Virus record (IMG/VR): IMGVR_UViG_3300005298_000141
Coordinates: 1-53,068 of that record
Reading direction: 5' to 3' (one strand)
Source: a virus
Taxonomy: Duplodnaviria > Caudoviricetes
Length of the DNA stretch: 53,068 nt
Shown: positions 1 to 9,537 of the stretch, one piece after another
Numbering within the stretch: the first letter of the stretch is position 1
Layout of the letters: each line of letters begins with the position of its first letter
The notes under the pieces: model-generated
Database searches by the model: none
What the model saw: only the letters and a program-made list of their open reading frames with translations
What the model was told of the DNA's origin: nothing
Position numbers and translations under genes: made by a program

Positions 1-66
1 AGACCGACCCGACCAGACCGACCCGACCAGACCGACCCGACCAGACCGACCCGACCAGACCGACCC
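1..66. repeat. 14-bp tandem repeat AGACCGACCCGACC, ~4.7 copies
   Basis: Read directly. The same unit occurs at 52977-53050. Confidence 0.95.
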
Positions 67-293
67 AAATTTCTGCAGAATCCCCGCCGTAAAAACCGGC
101 GGGAAAACCGGCAGAATTTGGCCAAAATTTCTGGCCAGAAAACCGGTCAGAATGGGCCGGGAAAACTGGCCAGAATTGGGCCGAAAAACTCTGGGCCGGC
201 AGGATACAGTCTTCTTTTCTTTAACTTTTTCCATTACAAATAAGGGCCGCAGGCGGTTTCTCCCCAAGACCAACTTTCGCAGGAGGTGCAAGG

Positions 294-620
294 ATGAAAC
301 AGAAGAAGGAGAAGGTTATTGGGTGGGAGCAGGTCATAAAAATGACCTGCTCCCTGTCCCAGGAGGACCTGGAGTCCTTCTGGGACGAGTTGGTGGTCCT
401 GACAGACCCGCGCCGGGACAGCGTCCCGGCGTGGGTTGTGGAGAAGGCCCTGCGGGTTGCCCGCGGGGCCGAGGCAGGCCAGGGGGTGCTGGAGTACACC
501 GCCATCATCGGCCTGGTCGCGATAATCATTTTCGTTATCGTGACCTGGCTGTTCGGAGGCGGGAGCGACGGTGGGGCCCTGGAACAGCTGAGGAGCACGA
601 TCTCCCAGATGTTCCCGTAG
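294..620 (+). CDS. Flp/Tad (type IVb) pilin-like protein with long N-terminal leader
   Basis: AGGAGGT SD upstream. The C-terminal half AG|QGVLEYTAIIGLVAIIIFVIVTWLFGG matches the Flp motif: prepilin cleavage after G, E+5/Y+6, hydrophobic helix. Confidence 0.75.
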   Translation: MKQKKEKVIGWEQVIKMTCSLSQEDLESFWDELVVLTDPRRDSVPAWVVEKALRVARGAEAGQGVLEYTAIIGLVAIIIFVIVTWLFGGGSDGGALEQLRSTISQMFP

Positions 621-796
621 GTCTGTTCCCGTAGGTTCTCCACAGCAGAGGAGAGGAGGCGTATTGCAGAATAGGGGGCTTGCAACCCCCCGTAGCACTA
701 CCGGGGCAGGCGGTGGTGCTACAGGAGAGAACCCCAAGAAATCGCGGCCACCTGCCCTGGCCGCGGAATCAAAATCTCAGTCAGAAAGGAGGCAAC

Positions 797-1240
797 ATGC
801 GTTGGTATATAGGAAGAGGCTATCTCGGATACTATAGCATTGACCACATCATCGGGGTGATAATCGCCCCCGATGACGTGGGAAAGGAGGAGCTGGAAGA
901 TCTGCTCCGACGAGGTGGTGAGGATCTGTTTCTCAGGCCGTACTGGGACCGCGACAAAAAATTTGACTTCAAACTCCTGACCTGGGACGAACTCCAGCTT
1001 CCTTACCATCACCATTTGCACAGAGATGTTGTAGAAGCGTCCGAGACCGGACACATTTGGACGGGGGTCTTCCGAGAGACTTTCAAGGTGATTTACTGGG
1101 ACGAGATGGTGCGGAAGGTGATGGTTGAGCCAGAGGCGTTCAAGGAGTTGGACGCCCTGGCTCATCGCAGAGGGAGTTTCAGGAATGCCAGGAGGATATC
1201 TGAGTTACTGGCATTACTGAAGGAGGAGTCCGAACAGTAG
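797..1240 (+). CDS. hypothetical early protein (147 aa)
   Basis: ORF 680..1240, restarted at ATG 797 behind GAAAGGAGG. Confidence 0.8.
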   Translation: MRWYIGRGYLGYYSIDHIIGVIIAPDDVGKEELEDLLRRGGEDLFLRPYWDRDKKFDFKLLTWDELQLPYHHHLHRDVVEASETGHIWTGVFRETFKVIYWDEMVRKVMVEPEAFKELDALAHRRGSFRNARRISELLALLKEESEQ

Positions 1241-1307
1241 AGCAAGAAGAAGCGAACCCCAAAACTTCCCCGGTCCCCGATGGAGCGGGCCTGAAGGGGA
1301 CCGGGGC

Positions 1308-1366
1308 AAAAGGCCCGCCGGGGCTGGCGGCAGAATGCCGCCAGACCTCTGGCGGGCTTTTTGTTT
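1308..1366 (+). terminator. intrinsic terminator (long nested hairpin plus T-run)
   Basis: GCCCGCC...GGCGGGC outer stem, CTGGCGGCA-gaa-TGCCGCCAG inner stem, followed by TTTTTGTTT. Confidence 0.75.
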
Positions 1367-1456
1367 GCAGATTGAACATTGCAGAAATTCCGGCCAGTAG
1401 AACGGCAGGCAGATAATTTTAAAAAACTCCCGGCCCGAATTTCTTGCAGAAACCCC

Positions 1457-1465
1457 TGGTATAAT
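1457..1465 (+). promoter_or_regulatory. extended -10 promoter upstream of the AAA/VWA/paralogue operon
   Basis: TGGTATAAT (TGnTATAAT), ~85 nt before ATG 1551. Confidence 0.55.
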
Positions 1466-1550
1466 TGGGCCGGGATTACCTGGCCTGACACCGCGCAAGC
1501 GGATGCCAGTTTACCCAGAACCAAAAAAACTTAAACCACAGGAGGCAGAA

Positions 1551-2636
1551 ATGAACGGAATGGAGCGAACGCTGGAAAGCTTCGTCAAAGCAGGGGTCCC
1601 GGTCATCATCTGGGGTCCACCGGGAGTCGGGAAGACCAGCGCGGTTTACGCGCTGGCGCGGAAGATGGGCGCGAAACTGGCAGTTATCATCGCGTCCATC
1701 CGCGAGCCCGTGGACTTTCTTGGTCTTCCCTTTCCAGAGGAGAACAAAGGGGTCTTTCACTACATGGCCCCCGATTGGGCGGCCAGGGTGAAGGCATGGG
1801 CCGACGAAGGCCACAGGGTAATTCTTCTCTTTGATGACCTGGTCACCGCCCGGACAGAGGTCACCAACTCTCTGCTCCGGGTTATCCTGGAGCGAGTCGT
1901 CGGGGAAGTGGAACTGGGGCCGACTGTATACCCCATAGCGACAGCAAACCCCCCGGAACTCATCGGAGGGTTCCCCATCTCCCCTGCCCTGGCCAACCGC
2001 TTTGCCCACCTGCGCGTGGACGTGGACGCGCAGTTCATCCGGGACTGGACCGAAGAGTTTCCCGGATACTGGGGAAGCGAGCCAGCGCTGGGTATTAACA
2101 CTGAGGCCTGGCGCATGGCCCGGGCAAAAGTCGCTGCGTTCATTAGAGCGCAGCCCCATCTGCTCTACCGCTATGAGGAAGGCGCTATGGCCTTCCCGTC
2201 ACCGCGTTCCTGGGACTTCGTGTCCAGGACTCTCGCGGTGACCGACGATGCGGACTTCCAGGTGGTCGCTGCCCTGGTCGGGGAAGCCGCTGCGATAGAG
2301 TTCGCGGCCTGGTACAGGGAGGCGAACATCCCCTCCCCGGAAGAACTTCTGGAGAATCCCCAAATCATTACCTCCCTGGAGCGCTCAGACCAGAAGTATG
2401 CGGCGCTCTCTGCCGCAACGACAATGGTTCTGGGCCTCCAGCCCAGGGAAGCCATTAAGTTCTGGGGGAAACTTCAGTCAATTATCAACATCCTCGCAGA
2501 CAGCGGGGATGTGGATATTGCCATCCCCTTTGCCGTGAAGACAGCGGAGTATTATTTCAAACGGGGCATGGGTGTCCTGCCCGGTATATCTCTGTCTGAG
2601 CGGCTGATTAAACCCATCCGCGAGGCCGGGCTGTAA
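1551..2636 (+). CDS. MoxR-like AAA+ ATPase
   Basis: Walker A GPPGVGKT, Walker B LLFDDL, sensor I ATANP, arginine finger ALANRF, PSPRSW. GGAGG SD precedes ATG 1551. Confidence 0.9.
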   Translation: MNGMERTLESFVKAGVPVIIWGPPGVGKTSAVYALARKMGAKLAVIIASIREPVDFLGLPFPEENKGVFHYMAPDWAARVKAWADEGHRVILLFDDLVTARTEVTNSLLRVILERVVGEVELGPTVYPIATANPPELIGGFPISPALANRFAHLRVDVDAQFIRDWTEEFPGYWGSEPALGINTEAWRMARAKVAAFIRAQPHLLYRYEEGAMAFPSPRSWDFVSRTLAVTDDADFQVVAALVGEAAAIEFAAWYREANIPSPEELLENPQIITSLERSDQKYAALSAATTMVLGLQPREAIKFWGKLQSIINILADSGDVDIAIPFAVKTAEYYFKRGMGVLPGISLSERLIKPIREAGL

Positions 2637-2646
2637 AGGAGGGACC

Positions 2647-3906
2647 ATGGACGAAACTCTCCAGAAACTGAAAGAAGCACGGGCCGCTCTCGTCAGGAAG
2701 CGGCCCTACCTGGCAACCGCCATCATCCGGCCCCTTGTCATTACGGACAGCCTGCCGTCCGGAACGATGGCAGTTGACCAGAACTGGAATATGTACGCCG
2801 ACCCGAAATTCGTCGCCGGCACCAGCCTGGCCGAACTTGCCGGCGTGGTCTACCATGAAGCCCTGCACCTGGCCCTTGACCATGCCCGACGGGCGCAGTT
2901 GGCTGTCCCCCGCTTCGGCCAGCAAATCTGGGACCTGGCGGCGGAGTTAGAGGTGAACTCGCGGATATTGTCAGAGGGTGTCTTTAAACTGCCGGGGGAC
3001 CCTCCAACCCCGGCAAAATTCTCCTTGCCCGATGGCCTCCTGGCGGAAGAATATGCCGAACTCCTCTCTCAGAAGAGCGGCGGAGCGTTCGGCCAGAGCC
3101 CCGGACAGGGACAGGACGCCTCCGGTAATGAGGCCAATCCCCAGGATAACCCTCAGAGTGGCGCTGCGGACGCCCCCCAGAGCGGCTCTCCGGAAGGGTC
3201 CGGCGTGGACGGAATTCCCAGAGAGTGGGAAATCGGACGCCCGCTGGAACCCATTAACAGCGATGCAGCCGTCAGGCTCATCGCCAAATCCATCCAGAGT
3301 GCCAGACACGACACCAGCGCCGCAGCAGGGACGGTCCCTGCTCACCTGACCCGGTGGGCGGATAGCCTGCTGACGGTCAGGGCCGACCGCGTGAAGGCCC
3401 TGGTGGAAAGATTCTCTTCGGTGCTCTGCTCTCTGGGAGTGACACCGACATGGCTGCGACCGAACCGGCGCTCCACCTGGCTCTCCGCCAGAAATGGACG
3501 CCCGACCCTGCCGGGCCATGTCGGGAAAAAAGTTGACGTCGCTGTGGTCATTGACACCTCGGCCAGCATGTCCGACGAGGACATCTCCAGAGGCGTCAAA
3601 CTGGTCACTCAACTCGCCTCCAGCGCCGGGGCATCTGTGTCCGTCCTGTGCGTTGATACTGAGGTGCACAGCGTCCAGCGCAATGTGACCCCAGGAACGG
3701 AGATTGTCCCTGTCGGCGGCGGCGGCACAGACATGGGAGTCGGTATAGAGGCCGCCGCCAAACTGGGGCCTGATGTCATTGTCGTCTTCACCGACGGGGA
3801 AACACCCTGGCCGGAGGAAAGGCCCGCGCGGGCCGTCATCGTTGCCCTGACCGAAGAAAATGACACGCCCGCCTGGGCCATCAAGGTGGTCCTGAAAGAG
3901 GAGTAA
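2647..3906 (+). CDS. metallopeptidase-like plus VWA domain protein (DUF2201-type MoxR partner)
   Basis: HEALHLALDH (HExxH), low-complexity linker, MIDAS DTSASMS, GGGGTD, VFTDG. Adjacent to the AAA+ gene. Confidence 0.88.
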   Translation: MDETLQKLKEARAALVRKRPYLATAIIRPLVITDSLPSGTMAVDQNWNMYADPKFVAGTSLAELAGVVYHEALHLALDHARRAQLAVPRFGQQIWDLAAELEVNSRILSEGVFKLPGDPPTPAKFSLPDGLLAEEYAELLSQKSGGAFGQSPGQGQDASGNEANPQDNPQSGAADAPQSGSPEGSGVDGIPREWEIGRPLEPINSDAAVRLIAKSIQSARHDTSAAAGTVPAHLTRWADSLLTVRADRVKALVERFSSVLCSLGVTPTWLRPNRRSTWLSARNGRPTLPGHVGKKVDVAVVIDTSASMSDEDISRGVKLVTQLASSAGASVSVLCVDTEVHSVQRNVTPGTEIVPVGGGGTDMGVGIEAAAKLGPDVIVVFTDGETPWPEERPARAVIVALTEENDTPAWAIKVVLKEE

Positions 3907-3909
3907 AAA

Positions 3910-4698
3910 ATGGGGGTAAGAGACACGCAGGCGAAAGCGTTGCTCTCCGAACTGTTAGACACGGTGAGAATCTGGCAGACGCCCACCTGGCCGCTGGTCA
4001 AACCAAAACCCATCAGCCAGATGGAAATCGGCCTGCCCAGAAGCAGCGAGATTGTGCTGTGGCCGGAGCCGGACAACCCGGAGAGAGCGGTCATTGCTGA
4101 CGACCGCCACCGCCGGAGCATTCACCTGAGCGATGAGTTCCTGCCCTCGCATGTCAGCATTGCCCGGGTCCGCCGGGCAATCGCGGCCTGCCGCGACCGA
4201 ATCGCGGAAACACGGGAGCAGGCAGCGTCGGTCCTGCAATATTTCCCCAACGACGTCGCCAGACTGGAGCAAGAACTGAGCGCCCTGCTCCTGCTTGGCG
4301 AAGAAATCCCGGACGCCCGCCAGGACCACAGGTTGCTCATCCCTGTGGCCTGGAGAATCCACCGGCTGTCGCGGCAACCTCGCCCAGACCAGAGAGTCAT
4401 CAGCAGGTTTGCCGCAGGCCTGGTCACCCGTCCCATTGACCACTTCATCACCCTGACCGTAACCACCAGTTTCACTCGCGTCATGCACGCGACGGTCAGG
4501 AGTGAGTACTACAAGTTGATGGTCACTGTTAGCACCGAGCAGGGAGTCACGGTATACCTTGAAGACGCCCCTGTCTATGAACCGTTCGCCGAACTACCAC
4601 GCCTGGCACGGGTCGCTCCAGACCCATACCAGGCGGTCAGGGTGATGGACTTCCTGGGTGAAATCCTTGTCAGATTGACGGGGGAGGAACAGATATGA
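3910..4698 (+). CDS. paralogue array member 1 (unknown function)
   Basis: Family motifs TWP, LWP, ELSALLLLG, LLIPVAWRI, APDPYQA. Confidence 0.85.
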   Translation: MGVRDTQAKALLSELLDTVRIWQTPTWPLVKPKPISQMEIGLPRSSEIVLWPEPDNPERAVIADDRHRRSIHLSDEFLPSHVSIARVRRAIAACRDRIAETREQAASVLQYFPNDVARLEQELSALLLLGEEIPDARQDHRLLIPVAWRIHRLSRQPRPDQRVISRFAAGLVTRPIDHFITLTVTTSFTRVMHATVRSEYYKLMVTVSTEQGVTVYLEDAPVYEPFAELPRLARVAPDPYQAVRVMDFLGEILVRLTGEEQI

Positions 4699-5470
4699 CA
4701 CTGTCGCTATGGAAACAACTGGAATACGCTGCTGCGGCTGCGACCTGCCTCTTCTTCCCCAATCCGCCGATTGGGGAACTGCCGCAGCAACGCTGGCTGA
4801 CCGGGCGATATTTCTGGCCCGGACACCGGCACTGCTCAACACGGCCGGGGCTTGCGCTGACCGTCGCAGGCGACCAGTACGGCAACGCCCCGGTCAGCAT
4901 GCTGGAGTACATCAAAGACTTTGACCGGCAGGCCATCCTGTCGGCCATTGACGACTGCTACGCTATCTCCGAAAGGAGACGGAAAGAGAGCCGCCGGATG
5001 GCCGAAGAAATGGCCGCAGAAATGGCCGAAGTCAGACGACTGGTGGAATACGGCCTCCTGGCCGGTGTCGTCCCGCAGAGATTCTCCATCGCCCTTGAGG
5101 ACGACAACTGGCTCGGAGAGCCGCCGCCAGAATCATCTGGCAACAACTCCTGCAGGTAGACGTGCGTGCGTTCGCGCGCGGCTGGCCGATTTTCAGGGTC
5201 TGGGAGGACGCCTATCTGCTCCATTACGCGCCCTCCTCAGACCTGCTCCTGCACTTCCGGGGAGAGGATTACCCGTCCAGAACCGCCTTCAGGCTGGAAC
5301 TGGCACGGGACCAGATACGGGAGATTGCATATCACCCTCCCCTATGGACTCCCGGGGGAGTGCTGAGAGCACTGGAAAGCCTCTCCGGATTTCTGGCGTC
5401 CGAAACGGCGCCAGAATACGCCGACCCGGTCGCTGCCATCGGAACCTGCGACTGGCCCAGACTGCTGTGA
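4695..5470 (+). pseudogene. paralogue array member 2, split by a frameshift near 5099-5110
   Basis: ORF 4695..5159 holds the N-terminal half (FWPG, GLLAGVVP). A second frame open from 5099 to 5470 holds the C-terminal half (LWTPGGVLRAL), similar to member 13 (LWTPAGLARAI). Confidence 0.7.
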
Positions 5471-5581
5471 CCCTGAGGGTCTTCAGGACGCAAACACGCC
5501 GCCTTTCTTTTTTGACGTCCAGACGGGAAAATTGTCCGGCAGAAACCCGCCTGAAATTGGCGTTCAGAACAGGAGGGAGTT

Positions 5582-6331
5582 ATGGAGAACGAACAAATCT
5601 ATGATGCCATAAACGGGTTCCTTGACGCCCTGCGGGATGCCGCAGAACCCCTGTGGCCATCGGCCACAGTGCCGTTACCGCAGAGGCGAAACATCGGGCA
5701 ATACACAATCTGGCCCTGGACTTCCCTGAATACCATTGTCCACAAAGGGAAGATTATCAGCGCTGGTAACATTTTTGATGTCACCCACGAAATTCAGGCC
5801 GACCTCCTGGCTCAGGCCACTTCCGACATCAGGCTGGCAATCATGTCGGCGAAGAAACTGTCCGACTCCATTCTGGAATGCCAGCGCGCCTCTGCGGAAC
5901 TGCTCCGGCAGGAACTTAACGCACTGGCCCTGGCAAAAGGAATCAGGGCCAGCGGGGATGGCCACGACCTGCTCCTGCCAGTGGCGTACCGGATGGACAG
6001 GCTGAAGTACGATAACTGGGAGGTACGGCACGTGGTCTCGCTGGCAAGCCGTCTGATTGCTTGCCTTCCGGACGACATGACGCTGTGCCGAAGGCCCGCG
6101 GAAGTGTCTCTCTCCTGGAGGGACATGCTGACCATTGACTTCTCATTCGTCATACCGGACGCGGACGCCTGGGTCTCGGTGAACTTCTCAGACAGGCGGG
6201 GCGAAATGATTGATTACGTCGGCCTGGATAACCTTGCCCGGCGACTCGCTTCCTTCTGTCCCGACCCGGACTCAGCAGTAGTTCTCCTGGAAAGACTGGG
6301 ACTCATACTGAACCTGATGGAGGAAACATGA
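5582..6331 (+). CDS. paralogue array member 3
   Basis: PLWP, IWP, ELNALALA, LLLPVAYRM, FCPDPDSA. AGGAGG SD. Confidence 0.85.
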   Translation: MENEQIYDAINGFLDALRDAAEPLWPSATVPLPQRRNIGQYTIWPWTSLNTIVHKGKIISAGNIFDVTHEIQADLLAQATSDIRLAIMSAKKLSDSILECQRASAELLRQELNALALAKGIRASGDGHDLLLPVAYRMDRLKYDNWEVRHVVSLASRLIACLPDDMTLCRRPAEVSLSWRDMLTIDFSFVIPDADAWVSVNFSDRRGEMIDYVGLDNLARRLASFCPDPDSAVVLLERLGLILNLMEET

Positions 6332-7107
6332 CAATGGAACTTGAAGAATTTGAGACGCTGGTACTGGAATATATCCGGCCAGTCTGGCCGCAGGTGGCAC
6401 TGGACTGGCCGGAACAACAGATAGAAGTCGGCCAGGACCTGCTCTGGCCTGCGCCGGAGCGTCTCACAGTGTTTGAGTACGTCTCTGGCTTTCAAGTGCT
6501 GACAAGAGCGGGTATCCTGGTGGCCGATATGGGGTACATCATTCGCCCCAGCGCTATCCGCACCGCTGTCCTTCGGGACCGGTTCAGCAAGGACGGCATG
6601 GCCGCCGCAATGGACTGGCTCCGACAGGCCATCGCGAAAAGAGACGCCGCGTCCAGAGAGATTATGGCCCGCCATCCCGTCCTGACAAAGCGCGTCCTCT
6701 CTATCGCGAACGCGGCAGCGCTGGCCGGAATCGTACCCACAGAGGCCGCCAGAATCTCTCCGGGCTCGGCGGCATCAGCCGCAAGCCTCGTCCGGTTCGC
6801 AGACATCAAGAGAATGGTCTGCCGCCGGTGCCACGAAATCCACGGGAAACCCGACTGGATGGAGGTGGACCCCAGGCCAGACTGGTGTCCTGCAAGGACC
6901 CTCCGGACAGAATGGGGCAGAATCATCGTGACCTGCCGGACGGTCTACTTCTCCTCAAAGCACTTTTCATCGTCAACCCCGGAGGAGACCTGGCGGCAGC
7001 ACATTGGAGTCGGAAGCCCGAAGACCGCCGCCGCTGTGGTCCAAAGGCTGCTCAGGGAGGTGGAAAAATGGGAGATGATATGGTTGTCTTTAGCCCGGCA
7101 TCCATAA
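6328..7107 (+). CDS. paralogue array member 4 (divergent C-terminal half)
   Basis: RPVWP, LLWP, ANAAALAGIVP, GSPKTA. ATGA overlap with the previous gene. Confidence 0.8.
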   Translation: MTMELEEFETLVLEYIRPVWPQVALDWPEQQIEVGQDLLWPAPERLTVFEYVSGFQVLTRAGILVADMGYIIRPSAIRTAVLRDRFSKDGMAAAMDWLRQAIAKRDAASREIMARHPVLTKRVLSIANAAALAGIVPTEAARISPGSAASAASLVRFADIKRMVCRRCHEIHGKPDWMEVDPRPDWCPARTLRTEWGRIIVTCRTVYFSSKHFSSSTPEETWRQHIGVGSPKTAAAVVQRLLREVEKWEMIWLSLARHP

Positions 7108-7904
7108 TTGCCATCCGCGAACTCCAGGACTGGGCAGCGCGGGCCGCAGAAGCCATACGGACATGGCCGCCTGTCCGGATTACCCTGGATGCCCGGTTTG
7201 TGCTGGGCAAAGTGAAGGACGACGAAACCTGGGAGGTCCGCTGGCCCGCAAGCGCGGCCGACCCTGCGTACGCGCTCAGCCACGTGGACCTCGTCTCCGG
7301 CAACCACTCAAGAGTGTCAGGCCTGGACATGCTCTGGCACTGCCGGGAAGTGTCGCCGGAAATGTTCTTCGGTGCCATCAGATTCTGCAAAAGGGTTATG
7401 GAAAGCGCAGACAGGGTCCGGGCCGGGATGACACCGGAACTGGCGGAACTGAAAGCCGAACTGGACTACCTGCGGCTAACCGGTCTGGTGCCAGCAGAGC
7501 CGGACGTCAACGAATTGCTGTACCCGGTGGCCCATGCCCTGATTGCCGCCAGGGACAGCAGATACTCGCCGGAGGGGGTCAGAAAAATCATCTCCGACCT
7601 GCTGGGGCGGGCGACGACTGCTATTTCCACATTGACAATCGCTCGCTCTCCTGACTACACCTACATTGTGGTCAGTGCTGGTAAGGTGAACATTCATCTT
7701 ACCATTGACGAACGCTGCAAAGGGAAAGAAAGTCAGGTGTACGCGTACCTGACCGTGCCGGAAAACAAAGCCATAACGGCTGAGATTGACGAGTACGACA
7801 TCAAGGAGGTAGCCAGAAAACTCTCCCGACTGGTCCATACTCCCGGCGAAGCGCTCCTGATGAAGCGCGTCGCCCGGGAGGTGTACTCGTACAGAGAGGA
7901 GTAG
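7068..7904 (+). CDS. paralogue array member 5
   Basis: ORF 6828..7904 restarted at ATG 7068 behind GGAGGTG. Motifs RTWPP, RWP, ELDYLRLTGLVP, LLYPVA, VHTPGEA. Confidence 0.83.
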   Translation: MGDDMVVFSPASIIAIRELQDWAARAAEAIRTWPPVRITLDARFVLGKVKDDETWEVRWPASAADPAYALSHVDLVSGNHSRVSGLDMLWHCREVSPEMFFGAIRFCKRVMESADRVRAGMTPELAELKAELDYLRLTGLVPAEPDVNELLYPVAHALIAARDSRYSPEGVRKIISDLLGRATTAISTLTIARSPDYTYIVVSAGKVNIHLTIDERCKGKESQVYAYLTVPENKAITAEIDEYDIKEVARKLSRLVHTPGEALLMKRVAREVYSYREE

Positions 7905-7906
7905 CG

Positions 7907-8770
7907 ATGAAGGAACTCAAGAAACTTTCCACCGTTGCTCAGGAAATCGCCGTCAGGAAATGGCCGCCTGTCTCCCCCGCTCTCCCGGCCACAGACTTTA
8001 CCATAGGCCATCTCCCTGACGGCAGCCCCATTGTCTGGCCGTCCAGACATCTGGACGGCACAGATGTGTGGCTCTGTATCACATGCGGGACTCATGCCGT
8101 TGACCTGGCTGATATTGATAGCGGCGTTAAAATAGACGCCGAATGGGACATCAGTGAGGTGGAAAAAGCCGTCCAATTCGCCAGTCGCGTCGCGGCAGAC
8201 CTTGAAGAGTCCCGACAGGCCATGCTGCGGCCAGACAGATACAACGCAGAGGAATTGGAAAAACAGGCCGGCCTCCTGTTTATATCCGGGCTCGTGAAAC
8301 CGGACTGGCGGCCTGGGTTCAACCTGCTCGCGCCAGCCGTCTGGGCGCTGAGCAAACTGCACAGGCCAGGCTACAGTACAGATGCCTCGTGGAAAGGCAC
8401 AGACGTCCGGCGCGCCGTCACCACTGCTGTTGGCATGAGTAGGACGCCATTTTACAGCGTTACAGTCTACTACGATTACAGCCGTGCTCCCTCAACTGCT
8501 CTCTTTGAACTCACGCGCGGCCTCTACGTCCGGTTTCTCGGACCCTGGGACGACAGATTCGTCACCGTCTCTCTGGTTCTCGGTGAGCCGGGAGACGACG
8601 TCCCGGTTTATAACTTCAGCCAGAGCGTCCTCTACAATGTGGTTGCAGAAACATGTATGTCCCCATATCAGGTACTGGAACTTGCTGACGCGGCGACCAC
8701 GCTGTTCCAACTGCTTTCCGGCGAAGGAGGTACAGAATGGTCACAGAGAGCCTTCTGGAAGAATTCTTGA
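7907..8770 (+). CDS. paralogue array member 6
   Basis: RKWPP, IVWP, AGLLFISGLV, LLAPAV, CMSPYQ. Confidence 0.85.
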   Translation: MKELKKLSTVAQEIAVRKWPPVSPALPATDFTIGHLPDGSPIVWPSRHLDGTDVWLCITCGTHAVDLADIDSGVKIDAEWDISEVEKAVQFASRVAADLEESRQAMLRPDRYNAEELEKQAGLLFISGLVKPDWRPGFNLLAPAVWALSKLHRPGYSTDASWKGTDVRRAVTTAVGMSRTPFYSVTVYYDYSRAPSTALFELTRGLYVRFLGPWDDRFVTVSLVLGEPGDDVPVYNFSQSVLYNVVAETCMSPYQVLELADAATTLFQLLSGEGGTEWSQRAFWKNS

Positions 8771-9537
8771 ACGCCACCCGCGAGGTGGCAAAACTGAGGT
8801 GGCCTGTTGCCAGGCCAGCGCTGGGCCTCCCCGTCCAGCGAGTCATCGGGAAGCGTGGCGACATAGATATCCTCTGGCCCGTCTCCAACGCGTCACTGAA
8901 CGCGCTGGACCTTGTTGAACTGGGTGGCCCCAAAATCCGTGTCAGTATCAGTTCCGTCGTTCAGTCCATCACCTCGCTGGAAGCGGAATTGGACGCATGC
9001 AAGGCCCTGGCCCGGAACCTGGACTGGCAAAGCCAGCACATCAGAGAAACGCAGCGCCGGAGCCTTGAGACTCTGGAGGATGAGGCAACGGCCGTTGCGC
9101 TGGCCGGCATCGGCGACCTTGCTTTCGTGCCTGAGTGCCTCACCCCGCTGACGCCCCTGGCGGTCAGAATCCAGGCGCTGCATCGCGAGGTGCCGGTGTC
9201 CAGAGTAAACGACCTGGTCACCTGCGTGCTGCGCCGGGAGATTTACCCGGCCAGTGCAAGCATCAAGGCTGAAATTACGGCCGTTGACGTTGAGGTCAGG
9301 TTCTGGCAGAACTTTCGGTTTGGGTGGATGGCACTGAGGTGCTCAACGCTCTACAGAGAGCAAACCGACATCTACCTGGTGTCTATCAATGAGAGCGGGA
9401 GAGAGATTGGCCTGAACGCCAGTCTCAGCGCCGTCGTCCACCACCTTGCAGATGTTGCCCATACGCCAGACGAGGCAGTATCGTTGCTTAATCGTCTGAA
9501 TTTCCTCATCACGTTTTTCGGGAGAGGGAGCGAATGA
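8737..9537 (+). CDS. paralogue array member 7
   Basis: LRWP, ILWP, EATAVALAG, PLTPLAVRI, AHTPDEA. Confidence 0.85.
   Translation: MVTESLLEEFLNATREVAKLRWPVARPALGLPVQRVIGKRGDIDILWPVSNASLNALDLVELGGPKIRVSISSVVQSITSLEAELDACKALARNLDWQSQHIRETQRRSLETLEDEATAVALAGIGDLAFVPECLTPLTPLAVRIQALHREVPVSRVNDLVTCVLRREIYPASASIKAEITAVDVEVRFWQNFRFGWMALRCSTLYREQTDIYLVSINESGREIGLNASLSAVVHHLADVAHTPDEAVSLLNRLNFLITFFGRGSE

Noticed and set aside
5157-5159. TAG readthrough or alternative genetic code
   Set aside because: The continuation is in a different frame, and TAG ends other genes normally (e.g. at 620, 1240, 7904).
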